DNA of 63,968 bases, filler included, from Choristocarpus tenellus KU-1152 (GCA_964200185.2; 7 parts of 7 records of this genome joined end to end with filler, not necessarily neighbours in it), one strand, 5' to 3'. Counted from the whole stretch's first letter, positions 25,201-39,227 are shown. Notes: a model not told the origin generated them from the letters alone. A program made the numbers and translations.

Positions 25201-28200
25201 CGTCTGGCTTGTTGTGTGGTTTCTAGGTGAGCAGATGCTGGGCAATTGTGATCAATAGGCCTATGAGCTGACTCTCCTCACTTTTATTGCTTCGATTTGC
25301 TCAGCACATAGCTGATACACCAATGTAACGCTGATTGATTCTGAGAAGTGATGCTGTGAATCATCTTGCCGTAGGAGACTTGCTGGAGGCTCTCCTGGAA
25401 CTGTTTTTTTTTTTATATGTTCTTGTTTTCATTCATGATTGATCCCAAAATAGCAAGGGATTAGATATCCTTGTTGGGGTAGACGCATTGGTGAAGTTGG
25501 TTAAAGGTAAGGTTGTGTGCGCTTTTCTAGTGTCTACTGGACACTGTCTCTCTAGACACAATGACATGTTCCCCTCTCACCCGTCCCCCCCCACTTGATC
25601 ATGGGAGTGAGCCTCCCTGTGATTCCCAAACCCTTGTCTTCAGATACCAGTAGGAGAAGTGCAATAGGTGATGTTTTTGGTCGGGGTACTTCCTCCAGCC
25701 TTGATCTATGCATGTATGTGCTTTTGAGCCCGATCATGAACAGTACATACTGTGTTATTGCCGGCCTGAACATACATCCTAACACATGAATTCCTCCAGC
25801 ACTCTTATTTTCTCCTGCTGATATGAGCATTTCCCGTGGAGTGGTCTTCACCCTTGTTCCCCCAGCCTGCAGAGCTCATTAATGTTGTGTGTGTACAAAG
25901 AATATTCACCGAATTTCTGCAAGTAGCTTGCTATAGGCAAACTGCACTATAACCACGAGAACATGTCATTCCTATCGTAGTTAGAAGAGGCGGTAGCACC
26001 GGGGCTGTATGGGAAATGCCTTCCAGGATATTATAGATTACAAGGTGACGAGATATGCACCATCTATTATTGGGTTTTTGGTTTTGGAGATAACTGAGAA
26101 ATGAAAGGGTGTACAAAGAGATTTCAGGAGAGGAGGAGGGCAGCGATCTTTCTCAAGGACAACAGGTCCAATCAACCTCAGGCTTAGGCAATCGCTTCCT
26201 TGTGCCAAATTGAACCGATCGTGGCCTTTGGAGAGTTTGGTCATGGCGTTTGTGGGCCGTGATTCTCCGCTGCATTGTTTGCTATGCAAGCAGGGAATGC
26301 AACTAACCTCAGTTTTTGGCATGGTACCCCCAGCCTAGGGTGGTGGCTTCTGAACATCCTTTAAACCTCATTGCAAGATTCAGGAACCTTGGGGTGGGGT
26401 GTGTGTAGAGGCCCTGTCATCACCATAATCACCTCTATAATCTTGAGGTCAAAGGTCTCACAGAAGGGGCTCTCATCCATTTCTGTTAGTTTTAAGGTCA
26501 TGACAAATGACTGACCAGTAAGAAGGGCTGTTTTCGTTGTCGCCTCCCCCCTTTGACCGTCTTTGTCTCATCTTATTGAAGTGTAATCTATAATCACGGA
26601 GGTTTTCCCCTGTCAATAACTTATCTCATGGCAATCATTGATGGGATGGTGATGCTCATGGTCAAACATTATATGTGTATCTAGGTGGATATTGCGTCAA
26701 CTTTGTGTCAATATCGATTCACTGCCCTAGTGATTTACCATCTAGATGTGTTGTTGCCTCGATGGCCCACTCTCCGATGCAGGCCTCTCAGGCGGTTCAG
26801 GGGCACCAAACTTCTCCCTCAACAAAAGGAATGTCTCCCTCTCTTCAGTAGAAGGGATCTTAGCCTTTGTTGATTGCTGCTGCTTGTCTGGGCACACTAA
26901 AGTATACCCCGCAGTTGTTGCAGAACGCTAAATGTGCCCACCAGCTGACTCCATACCTATAATCAATGTCATGTGCAACACCCTTGCATTTCGCCCGACA
27001 ACCTCCTTGCCTTCCCCTCCTTTCCCCTGCAAAATCTGTTGCCCCATCAGTGTGCCATAGCTTTTCTCCACACAAGGAATTTCGATTCTTACTACCCATT
27101 TTGCCCCTTGCCCATGCCCTGGCCGGGGAGGCCACATGGAGCTTCCTCACTGGACGAGCAAAAAGGAGAGTTGAGTCTTCTGCTGCTAACAAGCAGGGTA
27201 TGCAGGGAAGAGGGAGGTATGGGGCAATGGCGACAGTTTTAGTCCTTGTGTCTCTCCATGTGCCGACTGCAATCTATCTGTCCACTGTGCACCAGAGGGG
27301 ACCACTTGCTGCAGTAGAGGCAGTGGCACGGAGACTTCTAGCTGTGGAGGCTGGTAGGACAGAGGTTGGATGGGATGGGGCGAATGAGATGAGTGATAAG
27401 GGTGAGGTGCCCCAGGATGGCAGTAGGAATGGAGGTGGAGTGGAGGGGGAGAGGACCAGGTTGTCAGTGCACTTCCTCATGCCGTGCCACTCTACCCCAC
27501 TGCACAGTCACCTGCATTTACAGGGGCGTGAACTGGAGCTGTTGTCGTTGGACTGCTCCCCAAGGTGAGGTGTCTGGGATTGAACCAAGCTGTCTTGTTT
27601 GTGGGATAGATAGCATCTGACCAGTGGGGTGCTTGTCTGGGGGTATTGCTTTGAGTAGACTATATGCTGGTAGTGTCACCTGTACTGTGGGTTCTTGAAT
27701 CACAAGGGTTGTTGGGATGAGCAGACTTGCAGTGTGGTGTTGACATTTCTCTTCAGCTTGTTTGATTCTTCAGAATTGCTCAGTCATTATTGCATGGAAA
27801 GATTATGTTGATTTTCACTGCATATCCCAGATGAGGAGGAAGACCGTACAACAAACGATGAGGTGATGATAAATACAACCCACTTAGGGTGAACAACAGA
27901 ACCAGGCCTCTGGGGAGAAATCTGACCTTTAGACCAGACCTGGATGATCGATTTGCTTAGGACTGTAACTCCACCAACCTCCAAATCGACAGCCTGCTTG
28001 TTCTATCTTCATCTTGTTCAATCTGATCCACCTGTTCCACCCTCCTGTCCTCTATGCCTTGCTATTCCTGTGCTGGATGCACTTGTTCCCCTCCAGCAAC
28101 CGCCTACAACCTGAGGGTAGTGAGTCAGATCGCTTTCAAGCAGACCCGTTAACTTTTGTGAAGACGTTGTATGGGAGTGATGGGGGGGGGAAGGGAGATA

Positions 28201-28451
28201 CAAACTTCCCTACAGTGGTGTCTGCAGGTGGGGCTACAGATCATGCTGTCAGTTCTACATCGCCAACCCAGCAGGAAATCCCTGACATGGTTGTTGTGTA
28301 CGACACACACCTTCTGGCCCTGGAAGGCTTTCTTGCTACAAAGGGGCTAGAGGTGGTAGAGACAGTTTTCAACACCCACATGAATGGGGATGCAGACAGT
28401 GATGACACTCATGGACGTGTGTGTATCCTTGCACGTCGGGAGCAAAAATAG
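22279..28451 (+). CDS. PIGB: GPI mannosyltransferase 3 (PIG-B/GPI10, glycosyltransferase family 22), 6 exons
   Basis: Exons 22279-22439, 22997-23084, 23671-24090, 24875-25226, 27051-27564 and 28097-28451 are all GT-AG and phase-compatible. Motifs: TYFTPDEFWQGPEVAH, GHLTWEW..RIRGFMHP, WFNFYCLVRPYSNSAE, IRPTS, FLRFNV..WHWNFTQG, PHKEFRFLLP, HQRG, FLMPCHSTPLHSHLH, LDCSP, ESDRF. Confidence 0.95.
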
Positions 28452-28909
28452 GAGAGGGGCTGGCAGAGTGGGCAGTGGAGGTGACCGCTCCTATGAGATT
28501 GATGACAACGGGGCAGAAATAACAGGTTCAGAGGGTTGCCTACAGAGAGATGTCTTGGCGGTCGTTGACCATACACTTCATGGGGTATGATGATATCCAT
28601 CGACAAGGATATCTCAGTCAGTACAAAAAATTGTCTGAGAGGCTGGGTGGTGTGCCAGGGCTCAATTGATGCAAGGGTGAATGTTTGGGGTTGTGTGGAG
28701 ATCCCTGATGGCAACTAGGCAATGACATCCTTGTCTTGTCACTTTCCCCTTCAAAATGATATAATGTCATCCTCATCCAATGTCACATATAGATTATTTC
28801 TAGTGTTACCTAACGAAATATTGGGTAAATCTAAATTTTGTGCTTCGTAATTGTCAATGTATATACACTAGACTATTCTATCCAGGGGTGCCAGGCAGTA
28901 AGTGCCGCA

Positions 28910-29240
28910 TGTGCCGAATATGCTGAACCTCTTGCTTGAAACAAGATATATGAAAGACTGTTATTCAAATAGTTGAGAGAATCAAGTATGGTTACGTACT
29001 TTTGAACAGTAAAAGAGCTTTGGTTTGATATGGGAAGTGGTTCCGCAGGATTTGAGTTTATGAATTAGGCGTATGGAAACTGGTGTCCAATGGACAACGG
29101 ATTAGTGACGGACTGTTAACAGTTTGATGGTCCCAATAGGACCTTCTGGAGTGGATAAGTTCACTCCTCCTAAGCCTTCTTTCCATCCCACCATGGGAAC
29201 CATCAATAGAAGTTTTGTTCAGAAGCTCTGGAAAGACCAC
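28910..29240 (+). repeat. 5' LTR-like repeat of the copia element
   Basis: Blocks atatgctgaacc, ttgagagaa, tggttccgcagga, tggaaactggtgtccaat, tttgatggtccca and gagtggataagttca recur in the same order from 32938. Confidence 0.6.
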
Positions 29241-32200
29241 CTTCTTTAACATGTTATATAGCAGTCTTGGAAATTTGCTGGGATCTCAAGGCCTGTGCAG
29301 CATGATTGGGAGTCCCAATGAGTACAACAGAGGTCATTGGTAACATCGACAATGATGGTGTGGATCACAAAGGAGTGTGTGATTGTTGGGACTGCAATCC
29401 CAACTACTGATGTGGCCAAGGGTTCACAGTGGTTGATCCTGCTTCCCAGTACTTTTGGTGGGTTTGGGCAATGTACCTGGAGAATGACCAGGGTCTGGGA
29501 TTTCACAGTTGGTAGAAGAAGTTGCTGATGTGCGCTTCCATTAGTTGGTGGGGGAAGGTGCTATTTACAGAACACCATATCAGGGAGTGTGCAAGGAGAT
29601 TCGAACCTAAAGTCTGCCATAGGAGAGAGCTGAGAGAAGCCAGTATCGTCATGTCTGGACTTTCAGAAACTTCAAGGGAATGGCCATGTGTGTGGTAGAG
29701 AAGTATGAGAGACCTTGGAAGCATACCAGGCTTTGTGTTAAGGCTTGCCCACCATGGCACAACTGAGTGGTCGACCTTCTGAGCCCGGATGGGTGCAGTT
29801 AATCTCCGTGAAGGGAATGACCTAGGAGTGCAATCATTCATCGTTTTGGGTAGGATTTTCACCAGTATGACTCTGATGGGCCTACTGCAAACCTCAAACA
29901 CGAGGCCTGATATGTTTGAAGACTGGAGAAAGAGGAGACAAGCAAAGTGGAGCAATGGCAAAGATGGAGGCAATATTAGTAGTACACTGGTCCGAACTAG
30001 GTTGATTCACTGTGGTGAGAATGGATTGTGGTATTGTAGAATGGGATCTTTATTTATTTAGTATTGGGTGCCCAGGACACATAATCAATAACACACCTAT
30101 ACTGATGGATCTAGGGCCTGTGTAGGGTCATTGGTGATGGTTGGCGATGGGAAAGACCTTCAAGTTACTGCTGCAGGTGATTTGCCATTGCGTTGTATTT
30201 CAAAAAGAGGAAGTATTAAAACTCCATCCTTCACAAGATATGACTAGAACTCTAGTCTCTTGGTTGAAATCTAACTTTTTCTATGTGTTCCAAGCAGGAA
30301 GATGGGAAAAGTTGTTTGAAAGAGGAAAATGTTTGAGACTGATCCAGTCTCCATAGAAGACCAAGCTAAAAGTTTCTTCACGCTGAGAGTTGGAAAGAAC
30401 TATGGGTTATGTATGTTGACGAAAACAGGTAGGACAGACATGCAGATTCTGTCCCGACATATCTAGGCACTGCAGAGTGAGAGTGGAGCATGACAGGACT
30501 TTCTCTTGCCCTCAGAGGGGTGGTAGGGTATGACCTTGCCCTGCAAGGGACTAAAGCAGAAGATGTTGATCCTGGGAGATTTAGTAGAGTGACTGCAACA
30601 TCAGAGGAGGATATTGTGGCAACTGGTGAGTTTACCCCTTGGGGGAAGGTCGAAGCACATGCCGTTGTACGAAAGGGGACTATAGGGGAGGGTGGACTGG
30701 CCTTGAAGGTAGATATCAACATGTGAAACTTGCCACAAGATGAAATGCTGGCCTTTGGGGGGCCTACAGCGTTTGTAACACAGTCCCATGGGAGCCAATT
30801 AAGGGAACGAGTCCTCAAGGTGTTGACATAAACCGTGCGCATTTCCAAATGGCGCATTGCCATAAGGGTATGATTTGTAAGTACACTAAGGTAAGGAGCA
30901 CAAGACCATTTTGACCAGGGAGTGGAGGGCGTACTGCAAGTTGGGAAGGCTTGTTGTAGACCAGTACAAAAAGTGACGTAAAGCATATCTGAGGAATGTC
31001 TGTGGAGTGTTTTCATTGATATGAATAAAACAAGGCCCACGGTGGGGTGCTCCGGACGATTTTTGTCTGAGACGATTGTGAGAAAACAGGGATGGGTTAG
31101 ATTCTGTACCTGTGATGCAAGGGTGAAACTGCCAAGGAGTTGCAGGCATTCATTGTCTGAGGTGTAGTAGATGTACAGAACCAATGGATTGGGTGCATAA
31201 AGACAGATGAGGGAACAAATTTAAAGAATGCAGGATTCTAGAGCATCCTGGATGAGCACAAACATTCCGCACGAGGGCACTACTATGCCTGTTACCCCTC
31301 AACTGAAATGGAAGGTGGAACGAGCAATTCCTCTCATTGCAAAGGAATGATTGCTCATGATGTACACGGCTAGTCTGGGCAATTGGCTGGGATATGGGCC
31401 AAGCCACACAAAATGGCTACGATTGTAACTACTCTGTCCAATATCCATTACCCCACATTGAAAGTCCTTATGTGAGATGTTATATCTTATTGTCTCAGTC
31501 CATTCTCATTTGCTAATATTTGGGGTTCTAAGCAGTTCACAAGGTGGATCAATGCTTACATAAATTGGCTCCAAGAGCTACACTTTACCTGATGGTGGGG
31601 TGTTTCTGCAATCACACTTCTGATTATATGTGGGTCTGTCTCAAAACAGGAAAAAAAGTCAACTGGTGGGACTTATTCTAAGTGTGTGAGTCACGACCAG
31701 TGATGGGACTACGGACTAAAATGGAACGAGGGTCAAGGAGTTTGGTGTTAGAGGAAATAGATGTAGATCTGAGTGAGAAAGATGTGGAAATTTCTCTGGA
31801 CCCTGGACCTCAGGATAATGGAAGGGGGGTTCAAGAGGAAATTTGGATCTGGAGAAGGGTCTTTTGGATGGAATGCTGGAAACTGGCAAAAGTGATGTTG
31901 ATTCAATGTCACCGCAGGGGAGTGGATAAGTATGTGTTTTGTTATTGCCACTTGCGGACCACAACATAGACCCTCTACCTAAACCCTGCAAACCATCAGA
32001 GCATCAATTGAGGTATAAGAAAAGACTGGTTGGCTTATGTAGGGAAGTGGGTTCGCTTACACCAGAACCTTTGATGACGCATGAGGTGATGGGGTCGAAA
32101 GAGTGGCATCTGTGGAAAGGGGCGATGGAAGAGGTGATGGTCTTGGACCACAGAGGAGGATGGACGAAAGTAGCTGAACCATCTAGTGAGCACAGGATTT

Positions 32201-32937
32201 TCAACAGGAAAATGTGAAGGTGCAAGGTAAGGCTAGAGTTGCAGGGTGACAAGAAACTCAAACGCTGAGACACTTGTAGTGAGCCAGAGCCTCTATATTG
32301 ATGAGCTGTACGACATGGGACTGTGATTGAGTTACCAACAATGACCAAGAGGGAGGGCAAGGAAGGGCTTGTTCCTGAATTTGAACAGGCTGAGAGGTCA
32401 ATTGATTGGTTACGCTGACACGAATTATATATATGCATGTGTGTGTGGCTTTCCATTTCACCCAAAGTTGTGTTATGAGTGTTTTTGGTTGCGGAAGCAG
32501 AAAATTGATACAGGCTTACTGTTGAGGCTGAGTATGTTTCATCGTGCGAGGTGGGAGAACAGGTTATAATCTCAAAGTTGATGCAAATGTTCGTGGAACC
32601 ACTTCATCAGGGTTACTTGGTGTTGGTGCTTGATCTTAATGAATGAGCCGTCAAGATCGCTTCGAAGAGCGTGTCTTGGGGTAGAACCAAGCACAAATAC
32701 ATTAGGTACCAGTATTTTTTGCACCAATTGGGAAGAGAAGGAAAGGTTGCCATTATATATTCGCCTACAGAGTACCAACATGCGGATCTATTTACAAAGG
32801 GTTTGTCGAAGCAGTCCTTTGATAGGTATTCCAGCATTATCATGTGGATTATGTAGTGGCATCCATTTGGTTTTTAGTGAAGCCGTAACTCTCTTTGTTT
32901 TTTCTGTATGTGGATGTGTGTGTAACGCAGGGGAGTT

Positions 32938-33300
32938 TGTCAGTGATATGCTTGAACCATTATGTGAAAATGAAAAAATGATGAGAGAGACCGTCACTTG
33001 AGAGAAGCAGATGTTACTATGTTCAATAGAACGGTAGAAGAACATTGACTGATGGGTTTTGAATGGTTCTGCATGATAATGATATATGAGTTTATGAATA
33101 GATACATGGAGATTAGTGTCCAATAGTTATCAGACTGGTGACAAGTGGCCAACGCTTTGATAGTCCATTAGCATACCAGTGAGGTTTTGTTGGCAATGAT
33201 ACTCTTGAGTGGATTAGGTTCAATCCTCATCTCCATCCTACCACGCAAGCACAAAACAGTCAGTGTAATTTTTATACACAAATCCTGGAAGAAATACTCC
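32938..33300 (+). repeat. 3' LTR-like repeat of the copia element
   Basis: Starts TGT just after the PPT. Blocks atatgcttgaacc, ttgagagaa, tggttctgcatga, tggagattagtgtccaat, tttgatagtcca and gagtggattaggttca are collinear with 28910-29240. Confidence 0.6.
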
Positions 33301-34132
33301 ACATTGCCACGAGGCAAAAGTGTCCCCTGGTTGATGAGAGGTTCAACCTGAGTGAATACACTCTCATATGCATCCACGTTTGCTCAAAAGGCTCTCGGAA
33401 AACCTGGCCGAAGAGCAGTTAAGAGCATAATTTTGTCAACTATTTGTGACAACACACTGCTCCTAAAACTATTAATGTGAAGTGTTCCTATTCCTTCCTT
33501 GTAGTACCAGTAACAAAGCACTCCAAGACCACCAATACTACCAAAAAATAGGTAATATTGTAGTAGAAGTAGTAGAGGTGGATACAAAATAAGGAAGAGA
33601 GATTCAAAGACAACATGACATGTTCTTATTGCTGGACAAACATCAATTATATTATCACTACTCACGAGAAGCTGTGGTGGTGCTGGAATGGGGAAAAACC
33701 ACATTCTACAGGAGATTTCAATGGGTGGAAGATTCATTTAAAAAAATTAACTTTCCTCAGCACAGCACTGTAAGGGCGTTTCACGTTTCGTTCGGTGCCT
33801 TATTCTCCTTTATTAAACAACTACTCCAGAGTACTTCAAAGCATTAAAATAGGTGTGTAGTTCTGTGCTAGAGTTGCATGGATAGTATGGCGTGAGTGAC
33901 CAATTTGGATGGGAGGTATATCGTGGGCTAAAGGTATAGTCATCTCAATGTTCGTCGAAACCATTGGACTATGCACTGGCAAGTACTCCAGAGTAGGTCC
34001 CAGTAAGTGGGGAGGGGTGGTTTTATGTCACCAAGTGCCCCTTTTAGTGAAAAGTGCCAACTTCCCCTTATCTATGAATTGTGAATGGACAAAGGGATAA
34101 GCTCGTATTGGACACCAAGAAATAAAAGATGT

Positions 34133-34348
34133 GAGTGCAAAGTATCTTAGAGGGTACGAGTTTCGCCCTGTTTGTCCGTTTGGGGCTTGGCTTCCCACGG
34201 TGTTTTTTTTTATATTTTCCAACTCCGAAATGTTTAGGAGTAGGTAAAATGTGTATGTTATGAAAAGGTGTGTCTGGAACAAGGATATTGACACTTCCTA
34301 ACAAACATGATAGCCAAAATTACGTCAAACTTTCAACATGGGATTTTG
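34133..34348. mobile_element. MITE subfamily A, reverse orientation, truncated by contig end
   Basis: GAGTGCAAAGTATCTTAGAGGGTACG start; collinear with 3972-4226. Confidence 0.85.
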
Positions 34349-34448
34349 NNNNNNNNNNNNNNNNNNNNNNNNNNNNNNNNNNNNNNNNNNNNTTAATTAA
34401 TTAANNNNNNNNNNNNNNNNNNNNNNNNNNNNNNNNNNNNNNNNNNNN
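34349..34448. other. artificial contig linker
   Basis: Identical 100-bp spacer. Confidence 0.97.
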
Positions 34449-35557
34449 GGGGGGGGGGGGGGTGGGGGCGGGGGGGGTGGGGCGCGGCTGATACAAATGC
34501 TCTACATTTTGAATCCCTGGAGCTCCTTTCTTGAACTATTCAATTTAACCCCACATGACAAAGAAGCAGAATCAAGATAATGAGATGGCAAGGCTTCACT
34601 TGCGCGACACCTAGGTGGGTCCAACACAAGGTTCGAGGGAAGGGGAGGAGAAATTAGAGGTGAGATGAGTGAACCCAACTCTTGAGAAGGGTACATCTAG
34701 TTGCAGTGCAAGAGTTAGTTGCAGATATTTTTTTCGTTTCACTTCAGTCTGAGGTACGATTATCTGTGGTCAGAGGTACTGCACACTGTACTACATATCC
34801 CTTCCATCTAATATATTTATTATAGTAAACTGTTCCACTACGACTAATTGTACTGCATTCATTATTTGTCTTAGTTCTTCTTGGATTAAGCCATCCTGCC
34901 GCTCACCGTTCTTCCCCCTCCCTCGAACCTTTTGCTGGACATGTTTTGGCTTAGCTCGGCAATAAAGACGAGCTACCTTGTTCTTGGTCGAACGTATTCA
35001 TGGCATGTTAAAAAATAGGACACAGGTGTACAAATCTGCAGTGTTGGGCACCTGAACGTTGGATCTCTTAAACCAGGTTTCATGAAAAGAAGTCTGTCGT
35101 TGTTGGTGTTAAACCTGCAAAAATAATTCAGGGATCAGCCACCTTAACCACTGACTACAAGGACACTCTAAAGCAGGTAGAATGAGAAGTATGATAGTCC
35201 AATGTGTAGTTCCTCTGAAACTTGGATGGAGATAGGCGCCCTGACTAAAGTGAAGCAAACGACAAAGGCGGGTCCAGCCTGAGTTGCGAGGGATGAAGCG
35301 AAGCGATGGTTGGCGGTGTAACTGACCCCAACGTGTGAGAATCACGGCACGAAAAAAAGTCTACACAGTTTCCAGTAGTGTAACAGATTGTTCTAGAAGT
35401 TGTAATAGTTCGGTGTGTAACAGTGTGGAGTGCTCTAGCCTACATATTGGGATATTCCTCAGATTAAAGTGAATAATAAAAATAAATCTTCATTGGCAAT
35501 GACTCTGTGGGGCAATTGGTAGTGGGTCAGATTCCAGTCCGGACCGTTGCAAGTTTG

Positions 35558-36067
35558 GAGTCAAAGCATTCGAGAGGATAGGAGTTTTGCCCTATTTATC
35601 CGTTCAGGGCTTGGCTTCTGAGTCAAAGTATCTTAGAGGGTTGAGCCATGTCCGTTTGGGTGCCGAAATCCAATGTTGCGATTTGATGTAATTTTGGCTA
35701 TCATGTTTGTTAGGAGGTGTCAATATCCTTGTTCCGAACACACCTTTTCATAATGTACACATTTTACATACTCAGAAATATTTTGGAGTAGGAAAATATC
35801 TCAAAAAACCCTTGGGAAGCCAAGCCCCAAATGGACAAACAGGGCAAAATTCCTACCCTCTAAGATATTTCCACTCTTCTTACGGGTTTTCTATGTCCCT
35901 TTTCGGTTTTCGGTGTGAACACAGTTATCTATAATTTATACAACTATAAAATGCGTGTCTGGAGCAAGGATATTGACACTTGCTATTAAACACGATAGCC
36001 AAAATCCATCAAATTTTCAACAATGGATTTATGACCCCGAACGGACACGACCCTATCCTCTTAAATG
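35558..36067. mobile_element. MITE subfamily B copy interrupted by a nested subfamily A copy
   Basis: Starts GAGTCAAAGCATTCGAGAGGATA. Resumes after 35880 with the B-specific core cggttttcggtgtgaacacagtta and ends ...ccctatcctcttaaatg. Confidence 0.75.
35620..35876. mobile_element. MITE subfamily A nested in subfamily B, perfect 4-bp TSD
   Basis: GAGTCAAAGTATCTTAGAGGGT ... TACCCTCTAAGATATTTCCACTC; flanked by ttct/ttct. Confidence 0.9.
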
Positions 36068-39000
36068 ATGGGGGTCTTGTGCTCATCAAGGTAATCAAGG
36101 TAACCAGGTTTTTGAGCGCCCTCCTTCGTCAGTGTTAAAGGAGGTTGTCCCCTGGATGTCTTTTGCTGGTTTGATCCCCACTTGTTCTAGAAGTCTTTAA
36201 TGGAAATCAGGCATTGATGATCCAAAGTTCAGGTAAGTGGAAAACAGTACATGTTGTACACTTGTACTAAAAAATAATTGCTTGCTATACGGCAAAAACA
36301 CTGTACCAAGAATGAGTTAGCAAGGCTTAGTGTGGAGCAGCACCGAATTGTGTCCAGCACAAGACTTTTTGTGTTGAGTGGCCAACTTCTATACGATGGG
36401 GGTTGATAAGAACCATCACAGAGGTTCAGGAAGCATGCAGGGTGAGGGTGGAGAGTCTCAGAGTAGCATGTTCCTAAACCCCAACTGTGATTGGCTGCAC
36501 TATTACATAAAGGTACCATGAGGTCAAGGAGGGAAGGATCGACTGTGTGAACGTGCAAATATTGAACTGAAGTCAATCGATATTGTGGGGAGGTCACGAA
36601 GTAGACAGAATCATAAGCAGTACATGATCTCTTGGTTGTATGTTGGCATCTTCAAAATGGCAGTGGACCTAAAACAATAACAGTAGAGGGTGTAATGTAG
36701 CCCCCCAAAAGGATCAAGATTCCTTAGCATTATCCAAGTGTAGTTTGAGGGTGCTGCAGAAGAGAGAACACGATCTCCAGTTTTGTTAGTTTGAAACCAC
36801 CATTCATATCAGGGTCACCGGGTGCCAGTGGTGTGTCTGACCTATATACACCACATCACCTTGACTGGGCTCAATAGCAGAAGGTGGTGCGCAGTTTCTC
36901 ATATCAATCTGTTCGGAGATCTTAAATGGGACCTATCCACGATATTTCTATACAATTTGTGTGTCTCCACAACTTTTCCAAGAATTTGCATAATACAAAA
37001 GAGAGTTGGTTCTACAGGTAATCTTTTTTGTCTCAAAAGTCTACCTACTACAGATAAAAAGTAACCCATAGTAGAAAAATAGTAGATCATGCCGTAGCAA
37101 CATCTAGCGTAGGTATTCAATTGATTCATGCTGTTGGTCAGAACATCTTAGAGTTCGACAACATTGAATGAAGGAAATTTTTGAAAGGTGGGTGTTTGAT
37201 GGTTGATTTTCTGGTTTCAATGCTGTTGTATGTTCTTGCCCATTGACACGCCATCTACACTCCGCAACAACTGTGTAATGAACGACACACTCAGGAGATA
37301 CCCATGATGAGCAACAACGTGGGCACTGGACGGTGAACAGGAGAGCGAAGATGGCTCTGGTAGACTGGGAATGTACAGGAGGGGGGACATTACCACTCAC
37401 CAACAATGTAACTGTATATTTCTTAACGCATTATTTTTATTAGTATTTTGTATGTATGAGGCAATTGAGGTGTGACCAAGGACACCAACGATTGATAACA
37501 GTTCCACAGCTTAATCTTCATGGCTCCCAGACTCCTTATGTCTAGGAGTGGAGGCTGATCCAACTCACCTATTTCTTGCAAACATGCAAATCTGAGATGG
37601 CACAGTGTCTAGCCAAAAATATCTTGCACTGGGACTGAGTGTGCAGGCACAAAGTTTCAACACGAATATATTTTTTGTGTGTGTGAACATTGTGAATTGG
37701 AAGATCTCACAATTATTTATAAAAATAGTTTGAAAACGTTTTGTGTATTAAATTAAATTGGATCAAAGCGAACTGCGCACACGAGCAAGAGAATCGACTA
37801 AACGCGAGGTTTTGAATACCATGTACACTATTCTTAAAAAAAAACTCAAACCGACTCCATTTACTTGTCACAATTCAATATCACCACACACAACAAACAA
37901 CTACAACTAATTGTGCAGTAATCTGATTTGAAAATAGTCCAGCCTTCACTTTCGTGTCACGGACACGCAAATGTACCCACCTCTGGATGACTTTTGTACC
38001 GCCCGAACGTGATCTTTAAGAGGGTAATTCAAGAAATTATTAGCCAGCAGTTGGATGAAGATGCAAGGGCTACATCAGTGTAAATAAGATGCAATTCTGC
38101 CTTACAAACGCCTTCCAGTGCTCCACAACTCCTGAGTATCAGGGTGCTCAAATTTCACATCGACCTCCAAGTCCACACTGACGCATTGCTCTTACTCACC
38201 ATTTTAAGCTGTGAAACCGAATCACTTGAAAAATTGACAGGTTGGTCTTTTTGAGATGCTGGGCACACATCCTTCACACATAGCCTCTCAACAGTACAAG
38301 TGGAATCCAAAGCAAAGCACGCAGGCGGTACACGTCACATGTTCGGAAAAACAATTACCATCACCTCTTCTCACCACACCCACAAACATTGACATGAACT
38401 ATATCTAAACGCTAGATCGGTTGTGATGAGTCAAACAACCTGAGACTTGAGAGCATGTTTGTAAAGTGATGCCATTTCGACTTTGAACATGCCCAGCATG
38501 CTTTGACATATTGATAGTCACAAATTCTAGTCTTGAGGTAGATATCAACTTGAAAAGTCATGGAGCTATAAAGTTTCTTGGTAAGCTGATTCAATAACAA
38601 ACTTCAGCATATTGCACATATTGACTTGACTTCCAACTACCAAAGAATGCTATTAACACTACAATTGTGCAGCAACTAACCTTATCATGTCTGCAATTAT
38701 TAATGCGTTGTTAGAAGGGCTAGATCTCTAGTGGAAATATATTAGTAGTGAGACACTACTACAGTTATGTACTTTCGAACCATGTGAGCAATTTGTTTCC
38801 TGATGATGTATGTATGGCATAACCTAAAGCCAGGTCAAGGTTTTTGTTTCCACTTTGATCAGCCAATGAGCCAAATTAAATAATTAGAGTACTTGAATAT
38901 CACCACAAAGGATAAGAAAGTGTTTGTGGAACTCTTGTGCCTTGGTCAGAACCTCCAATCAGCCAAAGGGTGAGAGATCTCTCACTACCAATTGGTTAAC

Positions 39001-39227
39001 AGCAAAGATGGATTTTGCCACACTCATGTCAACTGAATGTGGCAGTCCAGTAGGTTTGAAACCTACCTATATCAAAGCACCCCAATGAGAATCAAGCCTC
39101 AATTATGTACAAATTGGCATCAAGGACATTTAGACCACAGTCACATCAAAAACAAAGATGCATTTCAGTCCATGCAACCCACTGATTGAAAATCACTGCG
39201 CTCCATGAACAAAGCCATTTCAGAGCA

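Larger units (their letters stand above)
28910..33300 (+). mobile_element. degenerate Ty1/copia LTR retrotransposon
   Basis: RNase H motif YSPTEYQHADLFTKGL (32671-32856). Frameshifted integrase motif PVTPQL/NGKVER near 31290-31325. Polypurine tract AGGGGAG at 32929-32935 precedes TGT. Diverged direct repeats start at 28910 and 32938. Many stops and frameshifts. Confidence 0.8.
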
